64,000 nucleotides of DNA. It comes from Isurus oxyrinchus (taxonomy: Eukaryota). Position numbers and translations under genes: made by a program. A model generated the notes under the pieces. That model was not told the DNA's origin. It did not search any database and was given only the letters and a program-made list of their open reading frames with translations. Of this stretch, positions 24,950 through 38,301 are shown piece after piece. The DNA lies in the NCBI GenBank assembly GCA_026770705.1, contig JANJGN010000013.1, positions 57,722,001 through 57,786,000 of the forward strand, in the 5' to 3' direction. Each line of letters opens with the position of its first letter. Position 1 is the first letter of the stretch.

Positions 24950-26630
24950 GTCACCCGAACAGACAGCTGTAAATCAAGAAATGGAAAGGAGGGAGGCACT
25001 CGGAAAAATTAAAATCACCAGGGGAGTAGTATTGAACAAATTGTTTGGGCTGCGGGCTGAAACATCCTCAGATCCGGATGGACTTCACCCTACGGCCTTG
25101 GAAGAAGTGGCTAGTGAGATAGTTGATACATTGGTTTTAATTTTCTAAAATTCCCTAGATTCAGGGAATGTTCCATTAGATTGGAAAGGAGCAAATGTAA
25201 CTCCTTTATTCAAAAAGAGAGGGGGACAGAAAGTAGGAAACTACAGGCCAGTTAGCCTAACATCTGTCATAGGGAAAATGTTAGAAGCTATTATTAAAGA
25301 TATTATAGCAGGGCACTAGGAAAAATTCAGGGCAATCGGGCAAAGTCAACATGACTTTGTGAAAAGTAAAACCATGTTTAACCAATTTATTGGAGTTATT
25401 TGAAGGAGTCACGTGTGTTGTTGATAAAGGGGAACCGGTGGATGAACTGCACTTAGGTTTCCAGAAGGCATTTGATAAGGTGCCACATCAAAGATTATTG
25501 TGGAAAATAGAAGCCAATGGTATAGGGGGTAAGATATTGGCATGGATAGAAGATTGGTTAACTAACAGGAAGCAGATAGTTGGCATAAATTGATCTTTTT
25601 CTGGTTGGCAGGATGTGATGAGTGAGTGGTGTGCCACAGGGATCAGTGCTGGGGCCCTAGCTTTTTTACAATTTATATAAATGATTTGGATGAAGGAACT
25701 GAAGAGATGGTTGCTAAATTTGCCGACGACACAAAGATGGGTAGGAAAGTGAATTGTGAAGAGAACATAAGGAGGCTACAAAGGGAAATAAATAGGTTAA
25801 GTGAGTGGGCAAAGACCTGGCAAATGGAGTATAATGCGGCTAAATGTAAAATTGTTCATTTTCACAAGAAGAATGAAAAAATCGTCTTATCTAAATGGTG
25901 AAAGATTGCTGAGCTCTGAGAATCAGTGACCTAGTACATGAATCAAAAAAGCTAGTATGCAGGTACAGCAGGTAATTAGGAAAGCTAATAAAATGTTATT
26001 TATTGTGAGGGGAATTGATTACAAAAGTACGGAGGTTACACTCCAGTTGTACAGGACATTGGTGAGACCACATCTGGAGTACTGTGTACAGTACTGGTCT
26101 CCTTATTTAAGGAAACATGTAAATGTGTTAGAAGCAGTTCAGAGAAGGTTTACTTCCACTACCAGGAATGGGCGGGTTGTCTTAAGAGAAAAGGTTGGAC
26201 AGGTTAGGCTTGTATCCACTGGAGTTTAGAAGAGTAAAGACGACTTGATTGAAGCCATTAAGATCCTGAAGGGTCTTGATAGGGTGAATGTGGAGAGGAT
26301 GTTTTCTCTTGTGGGAGAATCTAGAACTAGGTGTCACTGTTTCAAAAAAAGGGGTCGCTAATTTAAGACAGATGAGGAGGGTTTTTTTCTCTCCGATGGT
26401 TGTGAGTCTTTGGAACTCTCTTCCTTAAAAAGCGGTGGAAGCAGAGTCTTTACGTATTTTAAGGCAGAGCCAGATAGGTCCTTGATTAACAATGGGGTGA
26501 AAGGTTATCAAGGGTAGGCAGGAAAGTGGGGTCGAGGTTACAGTCAGATCAGTCATGATCTTATTGAAAGGTGGAGCAGGCTCGAGGGGCCGAGTGGCCT
26601 ACTCCTGCTCCTAATTTTATGTTCGTATGT
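24950..26630 (+). mobile_element. CR1 LINE ORF2 3' part
   Basis: PDGLHP, FQKAFDKVPHQRLL, FTIYINDLD..KFADDTK and LVRPHLEYCVQYWSP motifs; atgttcgtatgttc tail. Confidence 0.88.
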
Positions 26631-26679
26631 TCAATCTTCCCCGATAGTTGCAACCCCTCAGTGGCAGTGTCATTATAGT

Positions 26680-27640
26680 AAATCATTTCTACATATTCTC
26701 CAGCGCCTCTATATCCTCTTGGATATATGGAGACCAGAACTGTGCTCGATTCTCGAAAATGTGATCGAAGCAAGATTCTGCACATGTTTAGCTTAGTTTC
26801 CCTGATTTTCAATTATATTCTTCTAAAATGGACCTCAGTGAATAGTTAGAATTTTCACCACTTGCTTATTTGTATTGCTACTTTTAATGGTCTGGGAAGG
26901 GGATACTTGCCATAAAGAGTGTAACGAAGGTTCACCAGACGGATTCTTGGGATAATGGGTTTGTCCTATAAGGAGAGATTGAGGAGACTGGGCCTGTATC
27001 CGTTAGAGTTTAGAAGAATGCGAGATGACCTCATTGAAACATAACAGAATTCTCACAGGGTCCGACAGGATGGGTGATTCCCTTGGTTGTGGGGTCCAGA
27101 ACGAAGGGACACTCTCAGAATAAGAGGGAGACCATTTACGACCGAGATGAGGAGGAATTTCTTCACTCAGAGGGTGGTGAATCTTTGGAATTATTCACCC
27201 CAGAGTGGTGTGGATGCTCAGTTACTGAGTATGTCCAAGACAGAGGTGGATAGATTTCTAGTTCTTAAATACATCAAAGGATGTGGGGATAGTGCGGGAA
27301 AATGGCGGAGCAGGCTCAAGGGGCCGAATGACCTACTCCTGCTCCTACTTCCTTTGTTCCTATGTTCCTATATGAATATGTACCCCTCAGTCCCTTGGTC
27401 CCTTTCCCCAAACCAAACTCTTATTTTCCAAGGGCCATGTGGCCCCTTTATTTCTCCTACCAAAATGGACCACCTCACGTTTATTTACATGGAAATTCAG
27501 TCGTCTTTTACAGGCCCATTCTGCAAGTTTATTAAGGCCTTCATGTATTTTGTCGTAGTCTTCTCAATATTAACGAGGCCCACAGTTCGGTGTCATCCGC
27601 AAATGTTAAAACTATACTTCCAGTTCCCGAATTCAAATCA
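26680..27640. mobile_element. Nested CR1 fragments (+ strand copy 26895-27370 inside a - strand copy)
   Basis: RRNFFTQRVVNLWN on the + strand; flanks match CR1 in reverse. Confidence 0.6.
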
Positions 27641-28129
27641 TTTCTGTCAGAAACATAGGAAAGGAAGTGATCAACGCAACCGTGTGTTTCTGACAATAAT
27701 TGAAAGAAGACATCGTGTAATCTTTATTTAGTCACCTGGTGGCATAAATGCGAGACCAAGATATGACTGCCTCCGCTGTGAGTTTCCAGATAACTCCAAT
27801 TTCCGGTTTTGCCTGTCAGAACAGTCCGATTCATTTTGTCCTCGATCAGTCACCCGTAACAACGAAGCAAGTGCCATGAGCAGCAGCTCCGACTGAACGT
27901 AATTGAATTTTCACTGACACCTCTTACTAAAACCAGTCCAGGAAGGCATCGTGCTTTTTCATTCATTTTCATACTAATTACAAAGTCTGTTTCCATTTAG
28001 TGTTCTTTATTCAGATTAACCTCAGTAGAAAATTACATGTATTTCGTGCAATGTTATTTTCTCATCATTGTGAAGTATTTATCCTGATCAGACCGAGGGT
28101 AATGATGTTGATGTTATGCATTCAGGCTT

Positions 28130-29163
28130 CAAAAATTCGTTTGATAATTGTCACATATCAGACTTGTGAGCAAAATTAAAGCCCACAAGTTTAAAAGCAC
28201 AGTTTCAACGTTGATACGAAATTCGCCAAGAGACAGATACAGAGGGCAATGGTGAATGGTTGCTTATTTTTCCAGATTGGAAACAATTATACAGTGACAC
28301 TGTGGCTGTTAGGACCACTGCTCATTTCGACTACCAGGCATACATGACTGCAGCTGAAACAAAGCGTGTAAATGTAATAAACAGTGAAGAGGGCAGCAAC
28401 AGACATAAGGGGGTCTTGATGAGCGGATAACGCAGAGAAGTGCGAAGAGATATGATGTATTTTAAAAGGGCGAAGGAAGGGAAGCAATATGAGTTAAATG
28501 CTACAATATTACGTGGGTGCAAGAACAGAGAAACTGAGTGTTCGCATGTACAAATCTCTGAAGGTGGCTGGAGAAATTGATACGGTTGTAATAAATAGGA
28601 CAATGGAGTACAAAAGCAGAAAAGCTGTGCTGAACCCTATGTTAAATTCTGGACACCACTCTTTAGGGAGGGCATCAAGGACTTATACAGGGTGTACAGG
28701 AGATTTCCAAGGATGGTACTGGGGATGAGGGATTCAATTATGTGGACAAATACTGGGATTGTTCTTCTTGGAGCAGAAGAGATTAAGGGAAGATTTACCA
28801 GAGCGTTCAAAACTCTGAGAGGATTTGATAGAGTAAATAACGGAAACTACTGCCACTGACAGGAGGATCAGTACCAAAGGACATAGATTTATTGTAATTA
28901 GTTAAAAACCATAGGGGAATTAAAAACAGCCAGCTGTCATGATATGGAATGGATTTCCTGAAAAGGCGACCGGGGAGAAGGCGGGACGTGGGGGAGGTTG
29001 GGGGGGGTGGGTGGGGGGGGTAGGGGCACGGGGGGCAGCGGTGGTGAGGGAAAGCAGCTTCACTGGTAATTTTCAAAAGCGACTTGCATGTTTACTTGAA
29101 AGGGGTAAATTTGCAAGGCTGCGAGGAAAGTGCCGGGCGCAGGAGTGACAATAAATGGATAAC
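28130..29163 (+). mobile_element. Old CR1 fragment (host of the 4.3-kb PLE insertion)
   Basis: Degenerate CR1 RT and 3' sequence continuing after 33470. Confidence 0.55.
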
Positions 29164-29179
29164 TCTTTTAAAGAATACA

Positions 29180-31428
29180 AAACAAAAACAGAATTACCTG
29201 AAAAAACTCAGCAGCATCGGCGGAGAAGAAAAGAGTTGACGTTTCAAGTCCTCATGACCCTTCAACAGAACTAAGTGAATCCAAGGAGAGGGGTGAAATA
29301 TAAGCTGGTTTAAGGTTTGGGGGTGGGGCGGGGGGGGGGCGGGGGGCGGGGGGGATGAGAAGTGGGGGAGTGTGGTTGTAGGGACAAGCAAGCAGTGATA
29401 GGAGCAGATAATCAAAAGATGTCACAGACAAAGGAACAAAGAAGTGTTGAAGGTGGTGATATTATCTAAATTAATGTGCCAATTAAGAATGGATGGCAGA
29501 GCACTCAAGGTACAGCACTAGTGGGGGTGGGGTGGAAAGACTAGCCCGGCATACAAGATTTAAAAATAATGGAAATAGGTGGGAAAAGAAAATCTATATA
29601 AATTATTGGAAAAAAACAAAAGGAAGGGGGAAGAAACAGAAAGGGGGTGGGGATGGAGGAGGGAGATCAAGATCTAAATTGTTGAATTCAATATTCAGTC
29701 CAGAAGGCTGTAAAGTACCTAGTCTGAAGATGAGGTGCTGTTCCTTCAGTTTGCGTTGGGCTTCACTGGAACAATGCAGCAAGCCAAGGACAGACATGTG
29801 GGCAAGAGAGCAGGGTGGAGTGTTAAAATGGCAAGCAACAGGGAGGTTTGGGTCTTTCTTGCGGAGAGACCGCAGGTGTTCTGCAAAGCAGTCACCCAGT
29901 TTACGTTTGGTCTCTCCAATGTAGAGGAGACCGCATGGGGAGCAACGATTGCAGTAGACTAAGTTGGGGGAAATGCAAGTGAAATGCTGCTTCACTTGAA
30001 AGGAGTGTTTCAGCCCTTGGACGGTGAGGAGAGAGGAAGTGAAGGGGCAGGTGTTGCATCTTTTGCATGGGCATGGGGAGGTACCATAGGTAGGAGTTGA
30101 GGAGTAGGGGGTGATGGAGGAGTGGACCAGGGTGTCCCAGAGTGATCGATCCCTATGGAAAGCTGCTGGGTGGGTGAGGGAAAGATGTGTTTGGTGGTGG
30201 CATCATGCTGGAGTTGGCGGAAATGGCGGAGGATGATCCTTTGAATGCGGAGGCTGGTGGGGTGATAAGTGAGGACAAGGGGGACCCTATCATGTTTCTG
30301 GAAGGGAGGAGAAGGCGTGAGGGCAGATGCACGGGAGATGGGTTGGACATGGTTGAGGGCCCTGTCAACGACCGTGGGTGGAAAACCTCGGTTAAGGAAG
30401 AAGGAGGACATGTCAGAGGAACTGTTTTTGAAGGTAGCATCATCAGAACAGATGCAACGGAGGTGAAGGAACTGAGAGAATGGGATCAAGTCCTTACAGG
30501 AAGCGGGGTGTGAGGAGCTGTAGTCAAGGTAGCTGTGGGAGTTGGTCAGCTTGTAATGGGTTTTGGTGGACAGTCTATCACCAGAAATTGAGACAGAGAG
30601 GTCAAGGAAGGGAAGGGAAGTGTCAGAGATGGACCATGTGAAAATGATGGAGGGGTGGAAATTGGAAGCAAAATTAATAAATTTTTCCAAGTCCCGACGA
30701 GAGCATGAAGCAGCACTGAAGTAATCATCGATGTACCAGAGAAAGAGTTGTGGGAGGGGGCCAGAGTAGGACTGGTACAAGGAATGTTCCACATACCCCA
30801 TAAAGAGGCAGGCATAGCTGGGGCCCATGCGGGTACCCATAGCCACACCTTTTATTTGGAGGAAGTGAAAGAAGTTAAAGGAGAAATTGTTCAGTGTGAG
30901 AACAAGTTCAGCCAGATGGGGGAGAGTAGTGGTGGATGGGGATTGTTCGGGCCTCTGTTCGAGGAAGAAGCTAAGGGCCCTCAGACCATCCTGGTGGGGG
31001 ATGGAGGTGTGGAGGGATTGGACGTTCATGGTGAAGAGGAAGCGGTTGGGGCCAGGGAACTGGAAATTGTTGATGTGACGAAAGGTGTTAGAGGAATCAT
31101 GGATGTAGGTGGGAAGGGACTGGACAAGGGGAGAGAGAAGGGAGTCAAGATAACAAGAAATGAGTTCCATGGGGCAGGAACAGGCTGACATGATCGGTCT
31201 ACCGGGACAGTTCTGTTTGTGGATTTTGGGTAGGAGGTAGAAGCGGGCCATCTGATGTTGGGCAACTATCAGGTTGGAAGCTGTGGGAGGAAGATCTCCA
31301 GAGGAGATGAGGTCAGTGACAGTCCTGGAAACAATGGCTTGATGTTCAGTGGTGGGGTCATGGTCCAGGAAGAGGTAGGAGGAAGTGTCTGTGAGTTGAC
31401 GCTCAGCCTCCGCGAGGTAGAGGTCAAC
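29180..31428 (-). mobile_element. Penelope-like element, left arm of inverted pair (RT + GIY-YIG)
   Basis: ORF 30010-31251: FYLLPKIHK..PGRPI, VQSLHTSIP, QIKGVAMGTRMGPSYA, YIDD. GIY-YIG in ORF 29603-29995 after a frameshift. Confidence 0.93.
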
Positions 31429-31429
31429 T

Positions 31430-33454
31430 TCTTGACTCCCTTCTCTCTCCCCATATCCAGTCCCTTCCCACCTACATCCATGATTCCTCTGACACCTTAT
31501 GTCACATCAACAATTTCCAGTTCCCTGGCCCCAACTGCTTCCACTTCACCATGGACATCCAATCCCTCCACACCTCCATCCCCCACCAGGATGGTCTGAG
31601 GGCCCTTAGCTTCTTCCTAGAACAGAGGCCTGAACAATCCCCATCCACCACTACTCTCCTCCGTCTGGCTGAACTTGCTCTCACACTGAACAATTTCTCC
31701 TTTAACTCCTCTCACTTCCTCCAAATAAAAGGTGTGGCTATGGGTACCCGCATGGGCCCCAGCTTTGCCTGTCTCTTTATGGGGTATGTGGAACATCCCT
31801 TGTTCCTGTCCTACTCTAGCCCCCTCCCACAACCCTTTCTCCGGTACATTGATGATTACTTCGGTGCTGCTTCATGCTCTCGTTGGGACTTGGAAAAATT
31901 TATTAATTTTGCTTCCAATTTCCACCCCTCCATCATTTTCACATGGTCCAACTCTGACACTTCCCTTCCCTTCCTTGACCTCTCTGTCTCAATTTCTGGT
32001 GATAGACTGTCCACCAATATCCATTACAAGCCTACTGACTCCCACAGCTACCTCGACTACAGCTCCTCACACCCCACTTCCTGTAAGGACTCCATTCCAT
32101 TCTCTCAGTTCCTTCACCTCTGTCGCATCTGTTCTGATGATGCTACCTTCAAAAACAGTTCCTCTGACATGTCCTCCTTCTTCCTTAACCGAGGTTTTCC
32201 ACCCACGGTCGTTGACAGGGTCCTCAACAGTGTCTGACCCATCTCCCACACATCTGCCCTCACGCCTTCTCCTCCCTCCCCGAAACATGATAGGGTCCCC
32301 CTTGTCCTCACTTATCACCCCACCAGCCTCCGCATTCAAAGGATCATCCTCCGCCATTTCCGCCAACTCCAGCATGATGCCACCACCAAACACATCTTTC
32401 CCTCACACCCCCCCCCCCCCCCCCCCCGTGGCATTCCATAGGGCTCGTTCCCTCCGGGACACCCTGGTCCACTTCTCCATCACCCCTTGCTTCTCAACCC
32501 CTACCTATGACACCTACCCATGCCCACCCAAAAGATGCAACACCTGCCCCTTCACTTCCTTTCTGCTCACTGTCCAAGGGCTGAAACACTCCTTTCAAGT
32601 GAAGCAGCATTTCACTTGCATTTCCCCCAACTTAGTCTACTTCATTCGTCGCTTCCAATGCAGTCTCCTCTACATTGGAGAGACCAAACGTAAACTGGGT
32701 GACTGCTTTGCAGAACACCTGTGGTCTGTCTGCAAGAAAGACCCAAACCTCCCCATTGCTTGCCATTTTAACACTCCACCCTGCTCTCTTGCCCACATGT
32801 CTGTCCTTGGCTTGCTGCATTGTTCCAGTGAAGCCCAACGCAAACTGAAGGAACAGCACCTCATCTTCCGACTAGGTACTTTACAGCCTTCTGAACTGAA
32901 TATTGAATTCAACAACTTTAGATCTTGACCTCCTTCCTCCATTCCCACTCCCTTTCTGTTTCTTCTCCCTTCCTTTTGTTTTTTCCAATAATTTATATAG
33001 ATATTTCTTTTCCCACCTATTTCCATTATTTTTAAATCTTGTATGCCGGGCTAGTCTTTCCACCCCACCCCTACTAGAGCTGTAACTTGAGTGCCCTGCC
33101 ATCCATTCTTAATTGGCACATTCGTTTAGATAATATCACCACTTTCAACACTTCTTTGTTCCATTGTCTGTGACATCTTTTGTTCATCTGCTCCTATCAC
33201 TGCTTGCTTGTCCCTACAACCACACCCCCCCCACTTCTCTTCCTCCCACCCCCCCCACCCCCCCCCCCCCCCCCCACATTAAACCAGCTGATATTTCACC
33301 CCTCTTCTAACATTCAATCAGTTCTGTTGAAGGGTCATGAGGACTCGAAATGTCAACTCTTTTCTTCTCCGCTGATGCTGCCAGACCTGCTGAGTTTTTC
33401 CAGGTAATTCTGTTTTTGTTTTAGCTTTCCAGCATCCGCAGTTTTTTGTTTTTA
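31430..33454 (+). mobile_element. Penelope-like element, right arm of inverted pair (RT + GIY-YIG)
   Basis: ORF 31551-32237 (GVAMGTRMGPSFA, RYIDD), premature stop and frameshift, GIY-YIG to 32928. The whole pair is bounded by TSD tcttttaaagaataca (29164-29179, 33455-33470). Confidence 0.93.
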
Positions 33455-34584
33455 TCTTTTAAAGAATACATGGTCAGTATGTTTCTAGCCCAAGGAGAAA
33501 GGAATCTGTGCCTGTGCTGAATCTAGTTCTGGGGATAAATATGACAAGTGGAGTGTGTCACAGTGGGATTATATCTGGGTATAAGTGATCATTATACAGT
33601 TAGGTTTAAAGTAATTATGGAACATGATAAAGGACAATTAAAGGTGCAATTGCTGAACTAAGAGGGTTGCCTCCAAACCCATGTTAGGCTTCTTCACATT
33701 GTCTGATCTCTCCAATTTCTGAACTATTTTTGACTCAAGTGCTGTTTGCTGTCACATGCCCCCATCCAGCTTGTTTCTGCCTCTCTCTCTCCTTCAGTTC
33801 TAATTAGTTGCAACTCAGGTGAGGTAAAAGTGTTGCACCTTGAGCAGTTCCTTCCCACTCCAGAACTTTTCCCAATGACCCAGGAATCTAAAGCCCTTCT
33901 CCCTGCACCATTTATCCAGCCACTTGTTAGCCTGCTTTATCCAGCGTGATCCAGGGATTACTACCTTAGACGTCCAGCTTGTTTAACTTCTCCCTTCCCC
34001 TCCAGCTTCCAAAGCTCTGATTGCTAGACCTTGAGCATTTTCTTCACTTTGCCATTCATTCCCACATTGTCTATGACTTTGGCCATTCCATTTCCCGCTT
34101 AAAGTGTTTAGTCCCCCTCGGTGTTGTCCTTTGTCCTAGCGCTGTTATGGGCACATGTCAGCAGTTGCAGGAACTCATCTATCCAGCTGACCATTAAATT
34201 GCTTATGTCCCTTCCATTTCAACATTTTTCTGTACCCTCCTGCACAGTCATTTGTGCCTTGGGGCCGTAGATATGCTCTGGACTGCACTCCTTCAAGGTG
34301 GTCATCCTTACCAGTATTTGGTGCGAAAAGCCGGTTTACCAGTGCCTCACTGCCCGGTGATGTCTGTGCTGCCAGACGGCCACCTAACTCCTGTCATCTT
34401 GTATTCTCTTGCGCTGTGGGATGACAATCTCCAGGAAAGCATGTGCAAGAAAGTTTTAGCTTCCTGTATGCCCTGCAGTGATTCCAGCTACATCTCAAGC
34501 TCAGAAACGCTGAGGACAAATTTAAACAACGGGATGCCCTTCCTGAACACACCATTATCCAGGGAGCATGAAGCTTCCTGGAGT

Positions 34585-35375
34585 TTTTGTTTCATTCAAT
34601 GAATGTGAGCATTGGTGGCAAGGGTAACATTCACTGCCAATCCCTAATTATCCTCATGAAGGTGATAGTGAGTGGCCTTCTTGAATTGAGGTTGTTCATG
34701 TGGTGTAGGTGCCCGATAGTGCTGTCAGGTAGGGAGTTCCAGGATTTTGAACCCGTGATGATGAAAGAATGGGAACACATTCCAAATCAGGGTGGTGTAT
34801 AACTTGGAGAGGAACTTGCAAAAAAGTAATCAGCTACCGCTGTTCTTCTACATTGTACAGGTCCCAGGTTTTGAAGGTGCTCTTGAAGAGGTCTTCACGA
34901 GTTGCTGCAGAGCATTTGGATGCAACACCCTGAAGCCACAGTAAGACAGTGGTGAAGGGTGTGAAGATTTAAGTTGGTAGGTGGAGTGCCAAACATGCAG
35001 AAAGTTCTGGCCTGGACAGTGCCAAGTTTCCTGAGTGTTGCTGGAATTACATTCATCTAGGTCAGCGTGGAGTATTCCATCACATTCCTGACTTGCACCT
35101 TATAGATGTTGGACAGGCTTCGGGAAGTCAAGAAGTTAGTTACTCACCGCAGAATATCCAGCTTCTGACCTGCTATTGTAGCTAAAATATGTATATGACT
35201 GGTCCAATTAAGTCCCTATTCAATGGTAGCCTCCAGGATATTGAGGTGTGGGATTCAGCGATGAAAACGTTGTTGAATGACATGGGGAGGTGATTAGACT
35301 CTCTCTATTTGAGATGAACATAGGGATCTGGCACTTGTGTAGTACCAATGTTATTTGCCACTTATCTTTATTTAT
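34585..35375 (-). mobile_element. LINE (CR1/L2-group) 3' fragment
   Basis: Reverse complement of the family at 1-920. Confidence 0.7.
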
Positions 35376-35689
35376 TCTTTCGTGGGATGTGAGTGTTGCT
35401 GGCAGTGGTGGGGATTGGGTGGGGGTGAGTTCTAAGGTGAGTTGGTGGGTGTGGGGAGATTGGTGGCATTGGGGATATGGTGGGAGGGGGTGGGGGGGGG
35501 CGGTGGTAGGAGCGGGGTTGTTCCACAAGTTTGTAGTTAAATATATTTTGTATAAGGAAATTGACTTCCAGAAGCAACTTGGATTGTAATTCATTCCAGC
35601 TCACATCCTGATTAACAGGTGTAAGTATCCTGGGGTAAATTTCTGGACAGGTTCAGAGTAGCTAGCCCAAGTGGCCGACAGCAGAGTCA

Positions 35690-36860
35690 ATTCCATGTTG
35701 GAAGCATCCACAGAATGGTCGGGGCAGAGTATTTTTGTCCATTGGGAGTTTAGAGCAAGCGAGTATGTCCGGACTTCCTCTGCAGCAGCGAACGTCTTAA
35801 TGTTTGCTGCTACTCAGATTGGAAGGACTAGGCGAGTAATATCATGGCTGATTTGTGACCTAACTTCAAACACCCGCCTTTGTCCTCTTTACTCCAGACC
35901 CCGTAAGGTCTCATAGAATCAGGTCAAACATGAGTAAGGAATCGTCCTGCTGGTTACAATTTACTGCCCTCTCTCAGTTTATGAATCAGTGTTTCTCCAT
36001 AATGAACGCCACCTGTAAGGAGTGCTGAGGGTAACAAGGGCACAGAATGTTCTTTGGTTGGAAGTTTCAATGTTCATCACCAAGCGTGGCTCGGTAGCAC
36101 CACTAACCGACTGAGTCATGAAGGATATATCTGCCAGGCTGGGCATGGAGCAAGTAGTGAGTGAACAACGTGAGGACACATGGGACAAACCTACTTGATC
36201 TTGCCCTCGCCAATATATCTATCGCAGATGCATCTATAATGGCAGGATTGACGACTGCACAGTCCTTGTGGAGAAAAAGTCCTGCCTTCTTACTGAGCAC
36301 ACCCTCTATTGTGTTGTATGACACTACCACCGTATTACATGGGATGGATTCAAAACGGATCTAGCAGCTCAAAACTGGGCATCCAGAGGTGTTGTCGGCC
36401 ATTAGCAGCAGCAGAATTGTATTCAACCAGTCTGTGACCTCATGACCCGATATATGTCTGACTCAGAGAACCAACCCTGGATTGATGAGGATACTAGTAG
36501 ATCACGCTAGGAGATGCACCAGGCATTCCTAAAAATTAGGTGCCAACCTGTTGAAGCTATATCACGGAACTATATGCATGCTGAACAGTGGATGCAGTAT
36601 GGCGCAGAGTGACCTCATAACCAACAAATTAGACCAAAACTCTGAAGGTCGGGAATGGTGATGGACAATTACACAACTAACTCCATCCTTGATGATAGGC
36701 GTGCCCAGTATATCAGTATAGAACCATTTTCAGCCAGAACTGGTAATCCATCTCGGGCTCCTCCCGAGGTCTGCACCATCAGAGATGCTTGCCTTCAGAC
36801 AATTTGCTTCACTCGATGCAAAATCAAGAAATGGCTGAAGGCACGAGATACAGCAAGGCT
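35690..36860 (+). mobile_element. Degenerate LINE ORF2 endonuclease-region fragment
   Basis: THGTNLLDLALAN (TRxxNxLDL endonuclease-end motif) with downstream linker; many stops. Confidence 0.55.
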
Positions 36861-36924
36861 TTTATTTTCATTCATTTAGCCGCACATCCCATGTGCAGGA
36901 GGACTGCGAACAATTTTGTTTCCA

Positions 36925-37200
36925 ATCATTGTGGTTGGGAACAACCCGACTGAAAGAGATTTCCCTTCAGTCACCAGCAGTGTCGCTGTGGAGCAGATTT
37001 AACAACCGCAAATTCTCTAATAACTTCGAAGTGCGGTAAAGCTGGTTAAAATAAACGCAGCGTATAAACGGAATAAAAACAAACTAATCGAACATAAAGG
37101 GAAGTGAAAGAGAATAAAATCGTGGAAGTGTTCTCCTCACCCTGATGTGCCATGAGCGATTTAAAATAGCCAAGTATACAAGAGACGTGGGAAAACTTCG
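36925..37200. promoter_or_regulatory. Candidate haematopoietic/B-cell enhancer (EICE, 3 RUNX, MEF2-like, RBPJ motifs)
   Basis: GGAAGTGAAA 37100-37109; TGTGGTT 36930; AACCGCA 37004; TGCGGT 37032; TTTAAAATAG 37160; CGTGGGAA 37186. Motif evidence only. Confidence 0.4.
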
Positions 37201-38301
37201 CTGTCCGAAAGATGGAAGTCGCATGTTAAACGTGTATCAATTTCAGGAGAGATTCAGACATGCTTCTTTCTCCATCCAAATCTAAGAAATTAATTAGGGT
37301 TTATCTTCGCTTCTAGGTGTAATTAATAATTTAGTCTGATCTGGATCATTTTACAGAGAGCTCATTACCATTGACACATCACAACATCAAAAGGGCTAGA
37401 CGTGATCAACAGATACTTTAATTAATTTTCTCACGCTACAATTATTGTTATCGCATTTTTCCCATTAATAATTCCAATGATATAGCTGCTATGAAATGGC
37501 CGGTATTTGGCATTGCTCAACAGAATCTACTTTAGGAAAAACATTAATATATTGATTTCAGTGCTACAGTAGCAGAGCTTTTTCTGGGTTAAATAGCAAA
37601 ACAGAAAGCAATCGCTATACAAGATTACAATGTACATTTCAGAATATTAACTTTACCAACCATGTTGTAAACAACACTCGAAATGTTTCAACGGTTTGAG
37701 GGACATTAACAGATAGCCAACCTCCTTCGTTAGGAATACTTTTCCTGCTTTATCAAAGATTTTCATTGCTTCAATGCTGGCTCCAGCTCGATGTTCATTT
37801 TTTTTTTTGCCAGGCATCACAGGTTGTCTTTCTTTCTGGTGCATTACCGCGATCTTGATGTACCTGTCAGTATCCTGACGAGTTTGTATAATTAAACGTA
37901 TCCAGGCTTCCATTTAACCTCCCCAAACGGGGTTCGATCTTATTTTTTTATTTTTCTTAACTGTATTAAATCGTAACTTTCGGCCCTCTCGTCATTAATG
38001 AATCTTAACCAAGACAAAATGTGCAAAGGCTCTCTAACCAATCTCGGATTCATCGTATATTTGTGTAAGATGCTGGGCAAAATGAGACAAACGCTTGAAA
38101 TTTCCTGGAGTACCCCTGAATGAGATCGGTGGAGCGCCTGGAGAAATGATAGTCGCAGCCCGGAATGTTTACAACAGAAACATTACCGTACTTATGACAC
38201 TAACAAAATGTCAAGCAAAGAAAATTCGGCTGTTGAGAATGCACGACAAACAAACGTCCCTTTTGACTTTGGACAGTGCTGGGCCGGGTGAACAGATGTC
38301 T

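Noticed and set aside
31732-32928. 398-aa ORF as an intact protein
   Set aside because: An alternative frame of the PLE RT that enters the GIY-YIG frame only after a poly-C frameshift.
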